The notes below the pieces were generated by a model. That model worked only from the letters and a program-made list of their open reading frames with translations. It was not told the origin of the DNA and ran no database searches. DNA of 64,000 bases from Trichosphaerium sp. ATCC 40318 (lineage: Eukaryota > Protista > Tubulinea), in NCBI GenBank assembly GCA_038496445.1, contig JALMLS010000105.1, positions 31,379 to 95,378 of the forward strand, read 5' to 3'. Below are positions 1 to 13,859 of this stretch, piece after piece. The first letter of the stretch is position 1. The number at the start of each line of letters is the position of its first letter. A program made the position numbers and the translations under genes.

Positions 1-239
1 AGCTCTAAAACAAAGGGAGAAAAAACCCCCAAGTCAGTATGGAAAAAAAAAAAAAAAAAAAGATCCATTTGTTGGGTTAAAAATGTAATGCTTAAACATG
101 TTACTTACACCATTACTTTATTCCGTGCTGTATCTATTGTTTCATTTTGCAATCCCTTTTTTTTTTTTTTTGTAAGAACAAGAATTTTTTTTCAAACAAT
201 GAATGAATGAAAACAATCAAAAAAATACAGCAAGAGATC

Positions 240-1199
240 TTAACGTACCAGAACTAAAACAAGCTGAGGTACTTCTAATATAGCAACAGTATTACTTTCA
301 ATTATTTTTGAGCAAATTGCTTCATAATCAAGTTGTGTAGATGTCTTTGATTTTATAATAGCAACTTTTTTTGGTTTCACTGGTTTTGTTTTCTCTGGTG
401 GCTTTTTTTCTGTAACAAGCTGGCTCAGTGACTTCTTACGTCTATCGGACTAATCTACTGTTAATATAGAAGCCATTCATTGGTATTAAATGTCGGACAG
501 CCACTCACGTATGCTATTTTGCGCTTTGAAGTCTCTGTATTATTTTGTTGGCTCTTCTTTGCTGTTTCAGGCTGCTAAAGTGGAAAGAATGATTTAGAAC
601 GGCACTAGTGGCATTTGACTTTGTACTAAAATAGTTGATTATACCTTTGCCCAATAGGCATCCACAACCTCTTGGGAGTACATATTCGTTTCATTCTCCC
701 ATGTATTAAATCTCCTGTTGAATCCTAACAAATGTCAGTCTGAGCGGATTATTGTGAAATCGCCTAAATAACGATGCAAGGAGTATGTACCTTTCCATTT
801 TATGAAGTATTGAATAATATCTCCCTTTTGACGATGTTTTTCAATTTCTTCAACCTCGTACTCGACTAAATGCATAAATACAACGAATATAACAGAAAGT
901 AATGTTTTAAATTGGTTTTAAATCAGTTTTGAGCAATTTACCGTTAAATTTGCGGGAATACCATGACGTACCAGCCTTTGCGTTGTTCTCGAACGATTTT
1001 ACTAGTTTAGAATGCCTGCCAAGTTTTTTTGCTTCTACCCACGATTTTGTCTTATTCTGCCATAAAACGCGGTACTGAAGCACTTGGCCATCCATTCGCT
1101 TGTCTAAAATATCGATAGGAGCCACATCTAACCACGTGAGCCCATAATCCTCTTTTTTTTGAAAACCCAAACGCGCTTACTCTTTTTCTTCTTGCTCAT
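240..1199 (-). CDS. Double-chromodomain protein (multi-exon; 3' end approximate)
   Basis: Spliced reading gives a chromo-like domain (ILDKRMDGQVLQYRVLWQNKTKSWV) and a canonical chromodomain (EYEVEEIEKHRQKGDIIQYFIKWKGFNRRFNTWENE). ATG at 1199 is followed by a GTAAG intron. Confidence 0.75.
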
Positions 1200-1782
1200 G
1201 GCTAATTACTGGCTTATAAAATCAATTGATTCGTAAACAAAACAAAATAAAATATTACTATTGATTTTAAAGCGCTTTGACATGTGTTTTCGGTATGCTT
1301 TGTTGCACAACCATTTTAAGCGCTAAAATTGTAGCACAAAGAAAGTTGACGAAATTATGAAGCCGGAGTTGTTGTGAAATTGCTTAAATCCACTCACACA
1401 ACAACCAAGTACTGCAAGAAGGCTGTAGTAATCCAAACTGAAACGTTTTATCGTGTCAAACGGCCGTTAATTCCTTATCGATAGTTTTCGGCATTTGCGT
1501 TTTTTGACTCGTAACATGGCTTTATATCTGGTTTCTAGCCTCTCTAGCCTATTTAAGATTCAATCTGTCGATGTGCTCTTTTTAAACCACTTACCTATTT
1601 TCGTACAATAGTAAAATTAGAGTCTACCCAACGGGTTCTAAAACACAGTGCTAAGCGTTTCCGATGAAACAAATCCAATTTAGGTTTAAAGTCGAAGTTA
1701 AGCCAATATACATGCACAAACTACGCGTTTTCTTCCTTTATTGAACGTCCTCACCACTGATACATATTAACAATGCACTGGC

Positions 1783-4131
1783 TCTTAATTATAATACTCA
1801 CAGCAGGTACAATTCTACATGAAATATTTTTCCGCCCGTTGCCACCAGACAGCGTCATTGATGAATACAATGGTAACTGACCAATAAAACAAGGTGTTGT
1901 TGTATCGCAAGATTGGGCAGTAGATTTCCGCGTACCAGGCGTAGATATAGCAGTCGACAACAATATGGACAGTTTCCCCGACTTTCAAGAGAGAAACTCA
2001 AATGCTTTAAATATCACCGGTAAGAACAAAGAATAAGCCTCAAAACCTTTCTTTTTTAGAGATGCAACTAAAAACCTAATACCACATACACCATAAATAT
2101 TTGTAGTTGCACACCTATTTCCATATTAGTATTTTGTACCCGCATATGGATGAATTAGATTTAAAGCCAAAAAAACCTTACTAAACAACCTACATAGATG
2201 GTAATCTTGTTGTATTTGCCTACGACGCAGTTGTTGATACAAACCCTATAAAGTATGTACTGTGCGACTATTTTTCGAACTTCAAAAATCTAGTCTCTAT
2301 GGTGACCTAAATCTGTTTGTTTCTGATAAAAACGCCTAAGGCGTCTACCCCTTTTTGTGGATAATTTTTTTCAAACAATTTCAAAAGTCTCGCGTCATTT
2401 ATCACTCATTTTTTTGTTTAGCAACTTTACAGAATCATTTCGTGTATGTGCCAGAGCCAGAGACTCCTCCGATTGTGGCAGTAATTCCGCAGCTAGTTCT
2501 ACTTATGTAAGGTTTAAATCTGTGATTATTCAGTACTGATTTGTTTAAAACTAAAGGTAACATGGAACTACGATGGCACAGATATATACCAAACTATTAT
2601 TTCAATCAAACGCAACTGTACCTTGACAGATACATACAATGTACAGATTATAGATGCTTGTCAACTACAGCCAAACTCAGACGTAGGAGTTATTATAGCA
2701 GAGAACCTAGTAGTATCCGTGGACGGATATATAGACTACTGTGTACGCCAAACAGTTTTCAAACAACTTAACAGAAAAAAAAACAAAGAAAAAAAAGAGA
2801 AAGCTAACTTCATCTTGTAGGCTAATTTCTATCCTTCTTTGGGTGATGTGGATTTCCATGTACTAACAGATGGATCCTCAGGATCTACGTCTGGCAGTGT
2901 ATCGTAAGTATACAGACAAAGAAGACCGTACAATGAAGTGGCTTACGTCTTTTTAGTTGCCCATTTGTACCAGGCAATCACCAATTGCGTGCCTCAATCT
3001 CAGGAAGAGGAGCTGGTTCCGTTGGTTTATTTACTTACTTCAACGTTGAATTCAACGCCACCATGGATCCTTATGTACCATACACACCTCCTCCAACAAC
3101 AGCACCTCCTACTACTTCAGCTCCTACTACAACGGCACCAACGACACAACCGCCAACAACTCAGCCACCAACGACAGAAGCACCAACAACAGCTCCACCT
3201 ACTACTGAAGCTCCAACAACCCAACCGCCAACGACAGAAGCTCCAACAACAGCTGCTCCAACAGCTCCACCAACTACTGAAGCGCCAACAACGCTTCCGC
3301 CAACTACAGCAACACCTACTACTACAGCACCAACGACAGAACCTCCAACAACTCAACCGCCAACGACTGAAGCACCAACAACAGCTCCACCTACAACAGA
3401 GGCTCCAACAACACCTCCACCTACTACTGAAGCTCCAACAACAGCTCCACCGACGACTGAAGCACCAACAACAACACCACCTACGACTGAAGCTCCTTTT
3501 GCAACAGATTGCCCAGGTGTACAGCCAACGCCCACTACTTCATGTCGTCTTGGTACATGGACGTATGAGCCAGAGCCTAGAACAGTAACAGCGAACATAA
3601 TTCTCCCAAAAGACCTTTTAGTAGAGGGTACGCAACCAGATTAAAGCTTCGAATGCTGTTTTTTTTGAATTGTCTAGTTTGACGACTTACTCGGTTTTTC
3701 TAGGTAATTTGACTCTGAGTGGAAGTTCTTCTATTACTATAAATAATCCAGAAACACAAATTATTGTAGAAGGGTGTCTTGATCTTCAATCTGAAGTTCT
3801 AAGAATCAAGCAAGCTAACACAGCCATTCCTGTTGATGACCTCGAGGTTATTATCCAGTGGAAGGGATTATGTGTTGTTAAAGTCACAAAAGCGATACTA
3901 GAGAGACCTAATGAAGAATGTGTTTCATCACCAGTGCCTTTAGGTATGTACAAGAAGCACATGTCTCGCTTTTTTATTGCAACTGTTTTTGCTAATTTTT
4001 TTTTCCTTTCAGCCAACATCCTCAAGATTGTTTGGAGTAAGGATGATTGTTCGCCAAGATCGCCTGCTATGAGGTTGAATGTTGTGAACGTATGGCTATT
4101 GCTAATTGTGTTTATTGCATTGATACGTTGA
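1783..4131 (+). CDS. Secreted/surface glycoprotein with Pro/Thr mucin-like stalk and hydrophobic C-terminus (possible GPI anchor)
   Basis: N-terminal MHWLLIIILTA signal-like segment, many short introns, PTTEAPTT repeats in ORF 2985-3644, C-terminus VVNVWLLLIVFIALIR*. Confidence 0.7.
3086..3495 (+). repeat. Coding tandem repeat (PPTTEAPTT[A/Q/T])n, ~30-nt unit
   Basis: Visible in the sequence and ORF translation. Confidence 0.9.
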
Positions 4132-4703
4132 CCATAAAAAATGTAACTATTTAAAAAATAATAATTCGAGAAATAAATGTATACTAATTCTTTACACTTG
4201 TGGCTCTTTGAACCAACCTATTTCGTCATTTACAACTTGTATTGTTACCAAAGAAAGTATGTACCATAGGCGTCTGTGCTTGGGGTTGTCCACGTGACAT
4301 CATATTTTCCTTTTTGTACTTGAGAGCATAGAACTGTTGATATAAATGCTGTACAACATAAAATCAGGGTGTACTGAAACAGCATCTTAGCAGTGAAGGT
4401 GATTACCATTCTCAGTTCTACTGCCTACTGTATGAAACAGGGGGAGTAATATTACCGTTACAATAGAAAACAAGAACAAAAAAGAGGAGTTACAATCAGT
4501 TTATTGTGACAAAGTAAATAAATGTTAAAAGCATTGTAGGTATACAATCTTGTTAGGGTTTTTGTGAGATGTTGTGTCACTTCAACAATTGTGTTTCTCC
4601 CTCCAAAAATTTCTTGACTAGTCTTTTTTTATTAACCACCAACACTACGTACTGGTGATAAGAGGAAGAGCCACAGCTCACATGTACAGCAAACGAGTAC
4701 AAT

Positions 4704-7700
4704 CTAATCCTTAGTTTGCATAGATTGCTGCTTTTTAAGTGCCTAAGAAACAAAGCAGTCAGCAAAACATGTACGAATAGGACAAACAAATATTTGGGTT
4801 TAAGAACATACAGCAGCACCAAGGGATGCCATCAAACCTGCAGGAGGTACAGCCATATTGGTTTGTACGCTGGCTTGGACTGGTGTTGATTCTTCAGAAG
4901 CTTCAGAAGTCTTTGTACTGACTTCACTGCGTTCAATCTCACCGTTGGCAATCTTCTCTTCACGTTCTAAAAACAATACAATCAACAAAACAACACTCTT
5001 TTAAGACTATTCAATGATACCTTTATGAAGTTTATCAGCTGGGTTTCCAGTTGTAGGTGGTCTTTTGTTTTCTTGTGTCAAGGCTCTGCTCTTATCTGTA
5101 AGTTTTGGTGTTCCAGGTAGGAGAGTAGAGCCATCCATATCGAGATCTGAGACGAGAGATTGAGAGTGTGAAAGTGGTGTTGGTTCTGCTCCGTCGTCTT
5201 GTTTTCTACACGAAAAAATTTAAGTATCAATGATGCAACAATGCAAAACGTACGGTTCTTCGCTTGCTTCAGGAGCAGCTTCGCCTTCATTTGCTTCTTC
5301 TACAGCTGGTTCTTCCTCAACCTTTTCAGGTTCTTCAGCTTTATCGTTTTCGGCTTCATCGGCTGCTTTGGCTTCATCCTCAGCTTTTTGGGCTTCCTCA
5401 GCTGCTTTAGCTTCTTCTTCAGCCTTTTTAGCTTCCTCGGCTGCTTTTTCTTCTTCTGCCTTTTTGGCGGCCTCCTCTTCAGCTTTTTTAGCTTCCTCAG
5501 CTGCTTTGGCTTCTTCCTCTGCCTTTTTGGCGGCCTCCTCTTCAGCTTTTTTGGCTTCTTCAGCTGCTTTGGCTTCTTCGGCTTTTTTGGCCTCCTCTTC
5601 AGCTTTTTTGGCTTCTTCAGCTACTTTAGCTTCTTCAGCCTTTTTAGCTTCCTCAGCTGCTTTTTCTTCTTCTGCCTTTTTGGCGGCCTCCTCTTCAGCT
5701 TTTTGGGCTTCCTCAGCTGCCTTAGCTTCGGCTGCTTTAGCCTCTTCTTCAGCTTTCTTAGCTTCCTCAGCTGCCTTAGCTTCTTCCTCTGCCTTTTTGG
5801 CTTCTTCATCAACTGCATCATCATTGGTAGGGGCAGCAGCACCAGGTAGCGCAACAGTAAATGGGCTTCCTGCAACGTGGTGGCCAGATATGACCAAAGA
5901 CACGGTATATACAGCTAGAAACAGTGTCAGATACAACCAAAAAAAAAAAAATCAAATTGTTGCTGAGGCTATTACGCACCAACAGCAGGAGGAGTGTACT
6001 CGATATCAAATGACGAGTTCTCATTATCAAAAACTTCAGCTTCAACAGCACCATCTGGGCCAGTAATAGTAACAGATACATCATCAGTGGTTATACCAGT
6101 TCTCTTTGATCCCTAGATTGTACGAATTAGTTTACAACAAAGCAAAAGAGATACCGTACGTCTTTATTCTCGCAGTACACAGTGAACAGAGCAAACTCTC
6201 CAGCAGCTAAGCGTTCACCTTCTAATCCCTTACCAGTGACACGGTCTCCATAAGGAGAGTCATTGCCAGTAGATGGCGCTGGTGTATCAACTTTAGCAGG
6301 GGCATCTTCGGCAGGTGCAACTTCTGCTTTAGGTTCTGGTTCTGGCTCAGCAACTGGCGTTTCTTCAACAGGTTCTGGTTCAGGTTTTGCTTCAACAGGC
6401 TCAGGTTCTGGTGTTGGTTCCTCTTTGACTGGTTTTGGTTCTGGTTCTGGCTCTGGCTCAGGCTCTGATGGTCTTGGTTGAATGGCAGGCGCTATTAATG
6501 GTGTGCCTGTAGGTGTGGATACAGGTGTTTGCCCCAATTTGATTGTCCAAGGTGAACCTTGTACACGCTTGCCTTTAATTGTGGCTTTAATTACATAAGT
6601 ACCTAATCTGTATTAGCGGTTTTCATTGCTACTATTAAAAATATGCGATTGCTTTAAAGCCACACTGCATGAAAACTTACCAGGCACCATTGGTGTCCAT
6701 TCAACATCGTATGTGCAGTCCTCATTATCAAACCACTCCAACTCAGGTTGACCAGGTCCTGTTACTTCCAATACAACTCTGTCTTCAGGGATGAGGCATG
6801 CATTGCCCTAAAACAAAAAGTGTTTGTTTCAAGAACGCCATAATAAAAAAGTTGTTCGACAAAACAAAAACGTTTTTTCTTATTTACCTCAATATCGAAT
6901 GTGTAAATAGTAAAGATACCAAAGTCTCCCAACACCATCTTTGACGCATCAAGTCCTTTACCTGAAGCCTTACACGGACCAACAGGAAGAATGAGCTCTT
7001 GCTCAACATGGGCGCGAATGGCTGCTTCTTCTTTGAGTTGCTTCTTTTGAAGTGCAATGCGAGCCAATCTTTCTTTTTCTTCCCTTTCTTCGCGAGCAAC
7101 ACGTGCCAATCTCTCTTCTTCGGCAATGCGTTTACGCTCAGCTTCCTCTGTACATCATATAAGTAAAGAATACACAACAAAGAGCACTGTACCGCGAAGC
7201 CACTTTTCTCTCTTTTCACGCAACTCAACATCTCTGGAATCCTCAACCTTTCGGACTGGTTTTGGTTCATCTTTGGAGGAAGCAGCGGCTGGTTTCTTTC
7301 CTTTGAGCATAGCCATACGCTCTTTTAAGGACATACCACCGCGCTTGCGTTCAGCTTGCAAGGCTTTAGCTTCAGCATCTAACTTTTCTTTTGCTTCACG
7401 TTGGGTAGCATTGTTTGCTAACTTCAACTTTTTCTTTTCTTCAGCTAAACGTTGGAGACGCTCTTCATCAGCTTTCTTCTCGCGCTCTAAGCGCGCTTGT
7501 CTGCTAGCCTCAGCTTGTGCTTTCTTCTCTTTCTCAGCTAAGTACAATGTTAGCTAAGTCATCCAATACAACCTGCTTTCGTTCTCCGAATGTACCTTTT
7601 AACCAAGCTTCACGTTTTGCTTTGAGCTCGTCATCCCTGGTGTCAACTGATTTTGTTGCTGCGCCAGCTGGGAGAGCTATAAAAAAGAGGTGTTAACACG

Positions 7701-9461
7701 ACATACCATAATGCACTAACGTACAAGAATCCTTGTTCTTGTATGCGTTCATTCTATCTTTGAGAGATACTCCACCTTTGCGCTCTTGGACTGAGGCATC
7801 TTTTAGTACAGCACCCTGAGCTAATAATCGCTCCTTCTCTTCTTTTGCGCGTTGAATATCCTGCTCCTTCAATCTCTTCTTTTCGGCTGCAATACGTGCC
7901 AACCTCTCTTCGTCAGCCTTTTTCTCGCGCTCTTGGCGTTCCAAACGTTCTTCTTCAGCCTTTTTCTTGCGTTCAGCCTCAGCTAAATACAAGTCTTAGT
8001 ACCCTACATGCAGGAAGGTAAGTGTGGAAGCGAACCTTTTAACCAAGCTTTGCGCTTAAGAGCCAGGTCGTCGTCTTCATGCTGTTGATGTCTGACAACG
8101 GTCTTTGGAAGGTCTAAACACCAGTAAATTATCTTGATTGGGTAATATATGACGCCGTACCAGGTTCATTTGATACAGAACCAGGTCTAGCATACTTCTG
8201 GCTGCGTTTGCTTGCAAATCGCTTCAAGACACTGCCAACATTGCCTTTGACAGGCTTTGGAGATGCTGATCTACCTGCCTTTGCGCCTGTGCTCTTCGTT
8301 GCAGTAGTAGGCGTTTTTTTATTTTGATTTTTCTCAGCGGCTCTTCGTGCTTTACGGACTGAAATACGCTCTCTACGCTTTGGTTTTGGAAGAGCGGAGG
8401 CGAATTTATTTTGCTTGATGACTTTATCTTCATCTGCTCGAATGTCCACAAAATATGGTGCACCAGAAATAAGAGAATCATCAACTTTAATGTAAAAAAT
8501 AAATTCGGCTATTGACAAGTTAGCAGGCGGTTTTTGACAGAAAAAAACAAATTAAAAATGGTGCTGACCTGCTTTTTCTGGTGTCCATTCAACGTCAAAC
8601 GATCCATCCTCATTGTCATGTATCTCAATGGTAGGCTTTGCTGGACAGTCAATTGTCAAACGATCTCTCTTTGCTGTAGCGTCGAGATTACCCTAAAAAA
8701 GCTAATTAGAAGACACAATCCCTACATGGTTTTTTTTGGCTTTTTTTTTAATCCTGTCACGACAAAAAGTGTACAGTACCTCACCGTCCTTGCAGTAAAT
8801 TGTAAATACGTTGACGTCATTTAGGTTGATGCGAGTTTCATCAAGACCTACACCTGAAGCTGTTGTAGTAGCAGCAAGTCCTGTTGGTACTAAACGTTGT
8901 GAGTACTAGAGATCATCGCGATTAGCGTTTTCGTACAAGGGAAACTGATTTTGAACGGACTTCCCTGTATTGGGTTGCCTTGCACGGCGACACTTATTTC
9001 GTAGTCACCAGGCTGTTTAAAAGTGTATTCAACATCATGTGTTCCATCGCCAACAGGATACACAGTGGCTGGTACTGCAGAAGGTCCAGTAACTTCGACT
9101 TTAATCTACGCCGTATTTAGGAAAAAATAGAAAGATATAAGCGGTACATCATCTTTTTTCAATGCGTTAAGAGGCTGATTTTCTGCATCTCGCGGGTAAA
9201 CGGTCAACAGAGCGCATTTACCGAGAACGCAAGTTTTCTCATTCAAACCGCTGCCAAATGCCTTTGAATTTACCTAAAAGTATAGCGTGAATAATAACGG
9301 CCAATGTGATGCCTAATTGGTGCTTGTAGAAGCAAAAATATGCGCATAAAGTTCGAGAGAGCAGATCACGGCTAGCAACCCTCACAACGCTAAAACTAGC
9401 AAGGAAAACAAAAAACAAACTCCAAAACGGACGCAACAACCTAAACACGTACAACATCCAT
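4704..9461 (-). CDS. Large filamin/ABP-120-type Ig-repeat protein with charged helical and EAKKAEE repeat regions
   Basis: Several filamin repeats (SKAFGSGL...LTVYPRDAEN; CKASGKGL...FTIYTFD; VTGKGLEG...FTVY; YTVSLVISGHHVAGSPFTV) linked by consistent GT-AG introns; ends ALKKQQSMQTKD*. Confidence 0.75.
5340..5810 (-). repeat. Coding tandem repeat (EEAKKAEEEAKAA)n
   Basis: ORF 5220-5936 translation. Confidence 0.9.
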
Positions 9462-9672
9462 TGCGTTCTATCCACTAACTTAGTACGTCACTCTTGAAGC
9501 GTATAACTAAAAAGGGAATCAGCGTAGTCCAACACAAGTCAATCACGGTAACAACTCCAAAACCACAAAAAAAGCAAACACGCACAACGAGTATTGTGTA
9601 TAGTTAATCTACAACATTTCGTGGTGATTTTATTCAAAAGCGTTTTGGCCTCCGATTTACAAAAAAAAAATC

Positions 9673-12206
9673 TTAACAGCCGTGTGTAGGCTTCTTCTTT
9701 TGCTTTCTACGGAATCGTGTCTCAACAGGATCGAAACCCTTCTCCTCTGCACCAAAAACAGCCCAATGTGGAGTTTCAGCCATGTAATCTTCGGCTGCAA
9801 ACTCCTTTTTATTGTCCACTAGGGAGTGGAATTCGTCGTAGTCTATCCACGTGTGCCATTTCTAAAGAATAAGATAAGTACAAGGACACGAGCAAAAAAA
9901 GTCAAGAAAAATCTATTGTGTATGACGTGTAAAAAAATTATTTCGCCACTTTTGGGCGAAAAAAAACCAAGGTGGACGACAAAAACCGTTTTTCTCAACA
10001 TCTAGCAAATCTCAAATCCCGTACGTTGTTTTTAAAGAATTTACTCTTACGTGCAACCAATACACAACAAGAGTGTTCATGTTCACTTGCAATAACATAA
10101 TCATCGTGTCCTAGTGCCTCAGCAACAATATCACATAGTTTTTGTGTAAAACTGACAACTTCTGTGTGGTAAGGGACGTTTTTCATTGTCAATGGGTTTG
10201 TCTTCTGGTCGCCACAATATGTAACACCCTAGTTGATCATATCAATTAGCTGCTCCAAGAGGGTGGGATGTAACAAAATGACGCGTAGTCACTACACGAC
10301 AAAATTGATGCGTACCTTGACCTCCAAGAAATCGGGTTGTCCAAGTTTTACTAGCTCAGCATAGCCCTTCATTTCCTAAAAAAAAGCTCTAAGCATTCCG
10401 AGAAAGTGATTGTTGCGACCGACGAACCTCCATATTCCATTGTTTAATTAATGTAAGGCGGAAGACTGTCCTTTGTCCTTTAGTTGCCAACATCTTAATG
10501 GATGACAAGAATCGCTCCCAAAAATCACTAAATAATGGTCTATCGACTGCTTGCAACTTCTCTTTTGATGATGCATCAATAGACAAGTACATTTGTGTTA
10601 CTGGCTTTAAGCTTGCTACCTTTTCTACAAAAGAATTTGTTAACGGCACAGTCTGCATCTTTGTAAGATTATTTACCTGGGAACTGAGCGTTTGTCACCA
10701 TAAAAGATGAAATATGACGTTCGTGTAACATGTCAATATACTCGTTAATGTGTGGGTAAATAATTGGCTCTCTAAAGAAGCGGTAAGCTAAAACAACAAC
10801 AACAAAAAAAACCAAAATTGCAACAAGTTTGATTTTTTTGGTTAAGTTGACAAGAAAGAAAAACGAAAAACATCGATCAGTACCCGACTAGAGACAAAGC
10901 ACAATGTTTGATTGTCTTTGCTTCCTCAAAACGTTCAGGTGAAACACCAGGTACACCACGTAAAGTCTTTATCATCTTCCTGTGTTTCTCAACAGCTTGC
11001 TCAATCAGAACTTGAGGAGAATCAACCTTCCATTTCCATTCTTTTGCTACTGGATTCGTATGTGCTCTCCAACAGAATACACACTTATTCGCGCAAGCCA
11101 AAGACGGAGTCATTTCCATACATTGGTATGAAGTAATACCATAAAACGTATGTTTATAGCAACCTCCACGACCACGTAACATTGCTTTTGTCCATCTACA
11201 CAATTTGACGCCACTGTGGCTTCCAATCAGTTTGTATCCCTTAAAAAAAATGGCGTCAATTAAATAAAGCATATCTCTTGTATTGGTATTATACCTGCTT
11301 AGTTAATGAGGATCTAACTTTAGGTGTCAACATTTCAGCAGTTGTTTCTTCTTGTTCTTCTTCTTCTAAAACAATTTCTCCTTTGCGAGCTTTTAGGCGT
11401 TTTGCCATGAGCCCTAGATCTTCCAAATCAGTTACAGGATGCTCGCTCTCATCGTCTGAATCAGATTCGTATCCCTTTTATGTCAAGTATTAGACATCAT
11501 GCACAGAACGGAGACAACCGTACGTCAAGTCTACGAATTAAACTCTTGGACCAGGTAGAGAATTGTTTGTCCATTTTCCCTGAATCCTCGTCTCCAAGCC
11601 CGAGTTTGAGCGTTGAAGTGGCACCAAGGGAACGTAATGATTCATCAATTTTTTTGGCAGCAGTATTGTAATGGTCAGAGTAGAGGGAGTTACCCAATCC
11701 GAATACTAAGTTGTGTTACAATCAAAAATTTTCATTTATTGAGCTAATCGTACCTGAGTATTCAATGCCTTTTAGAAAGTGCGTGGGTACCCTGTGGTCA
11801 TTTGCCATATCAACGAGCCAGTTGTGGAATGCTTGGCCGTTATCCGGTGGAGTTCCGTTGGAGTACGTTGAAATGATCAATGCCAAACGGCAGGATATTT
11901 GAGGTAGACGCGCATCAACGTCAAAAGAGGACATAGGCATTACATTTACCTTTTAACTGTAAGTTTAGTTTTGTAATTCCATGTTACCTTGAAATTAGCC
12001 TCTTTGAGGTCCTTTGTTAGTCCTTCGGCGTATTTTTGTGCTCTTCCTGCTTGGCTTGCATAGAGTACGAGAATGCTGTCGTCAGATGGTTTGGCCTTCT
12101 TACTAGGCGCTTTGGAAGCACTTGAGCTGGATTTACGCCATATTTTGTACAGAACAATGCACAGCGCAATACCAAAACAAACAAAAAACGCAGATAAAAA
12201 TGCCAT
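9673..12206 (-). CDS. TYW1: tRNA wybutosine-synthesizing protein 1 (TM anchor, flavodoxin, radical SAM)
   Basis: YASQAGRA flavodoxin motif; GYKLIGSHSGVKLCRWTK; CANKCVFCWR (CxxxCxxC); EHEHSCC. Confidence 0.95.
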
Positions 12207-12518
12207 AGAGCGTCCCCTCTTGCAGCAGAAAGCGTAGAGTCGTTTTGTCAAGGAAAAAAAGGAGAAATTTTAACGCAATATAACTGTATTGACTAAGCGT
12301 AATTAGAAATTGTACTACGTGGTGACACTATGCTATTGTGTTACAGCGTTGCTCCATGCAATTAAAACTGTAAACGACCTCGAAAATGTCAAAAACTGAC
12401 ATTTGATACTACAGAGCGTGAAAAGACAAGTGGAATGGGCCTATGTACCCAACCAAATTCAGAAAATACGCTTAAGTTACTGTGGCACTAAGGTTTTAAA
12501 CCCGAAATACAACGCACA

Positions 12519-13766
12519 ATGCAAGGAGGCTACCCAGGACAACCAAAACGAGGAGGATACCCACCACAACAGGGCGGTTACCCGCCACAACAAGGAGGTT
12601 ACCCACCACAACAGGGCGGTTACCCACCACAGCAGGGCGGCTACCCTCCACAACAAGGAGGATACCCACCACAACAAGGAGGTTACCCACCGCAACAGGG
12701 CGGCTACCCACCGCAACAAGGAGGTTACCCACCACAACAACAACGTCCAGGAGGTTTACAAACGGCTCAGTCAACTCAGCTGACTGGTTGGGTATATTTT
12801 TAACTCAACTGCAATTTACTCGCTAATTCGCACTAGTATGCGCAATACTACCAACAAATTCCACCTCAGCAATTGCAACAGCTTCGTAGTTGGTTTGCTG
12901 GTATGGACAGAGACAGGTTCGTTAGCTTTTGTGCTGTTGAGCACTAAACGCGGTTTATAGATCTGGAAGTATCACCTCAACAGAATTAGCGAACGTGCAG
13001 GTAATAATTCTAAACATGATCGTTTTTAAACTTAATTTTGCTTTAGTTTGGCCAAAGACCACTAGGAGCACCAGCCGCAAAGAGTGCGGACAAGATCAAA
13101 TCAATTTGACAAATTAACTGATTTTCTCTAGAACTCGTAAAGGTTTTCGACAAAGATCACTCAGGTATGTAGTAATCGTCTAAACTTCAAATCTATTGTT
13201 TACATTTCCTTTTAGGAACCATCGATTTTAAAGAATACGCTGCCTTGCATCAATTTATTACTACCATGCAAAACGCCTTCTTTCATGCTGATGGCGATAG
13301 AAGGTACGCGTAGAACCCTCACAGAACGAAATTCATAAAACACAAAACTCTAAATAACGCTTAAGCGGTACATTGGACGCACGCGAGATTCATACTGCTT
13401 TGGTTGCTGCTAGCTTCCAATTGAGCCTACCAACAGTACAAGCGATTTGTAAAAAGTTTGGTAAAAAGCCAGCCGGAGGCCGTAGAGGTCAACGTCCTGC
13501 CCCTGCTGGACTCACTTTCCCAGACTTTATCATGTGTTGTGCTCACCTTGCTCACGTCCGTAGTATCTTCGAGGTACCGTTAACTTTTTTTTTTATTCAC
13601 GTGCTTACGCTGTTATTTAGTGGAATGATACACAACGACAAGGCCGTGTCACCTTTACTTACGATCAACTCAGCCACGTCTCAAGTACGAATTTTTTTTC
13701 TTTTTAAGAAATTTGTGTTTTATTTTTTTACTTTTTTTGTATTTGTCCTTATAAGCTTTTAGCTGA
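12519..13766 (+). CDS. Penta-EF-hand protein (peflin/ALG-2-like) with GGYPPQQ N-terminal repeats
   Basis: [18 protein letters not shown] and [17 protein letters not shown]-hands across introns; Gly/Pro/Tyr/Gln-rich N-terminus. Confidence 0.85.
12553..12743 (+). repeat. 21-nt coding tandem repeat (GGYPPQQ) x9
   Basis: Visible directly. Confidence 0.95.
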
Positions 13767-13859
13767 GCTCCTCGTATAATAATATTCTTCTTGTTGTTAT
13801 GAACAATAAATTTATTTGGTTCGTAAAAGTACTTGGTTTGGTGTTGGTTGCGTATCGGA

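Noticed and set aside
2938-3598. Gln/Leu-rich and Val/Gly-rich ORFs over the mucin repeat
   Set aside because: Off-frame and antisense shadows of the PTTEAP repeat.
4185-4560. Possible small spliced gene on the minus strand
   Set aside because: Splice-like signals are present, but no convincing start or recognisable product.
5199-6066. Long Phe/Ser/Ala-rich plus-strand ORFs
   Set aside because: Antisense of the EAKKAEE repeat.
12553-12743. Regular repeats resembling a CRISPR array
   Set aside because: No unique spacers; in-frame coding repeat in a eukaryotic gene.
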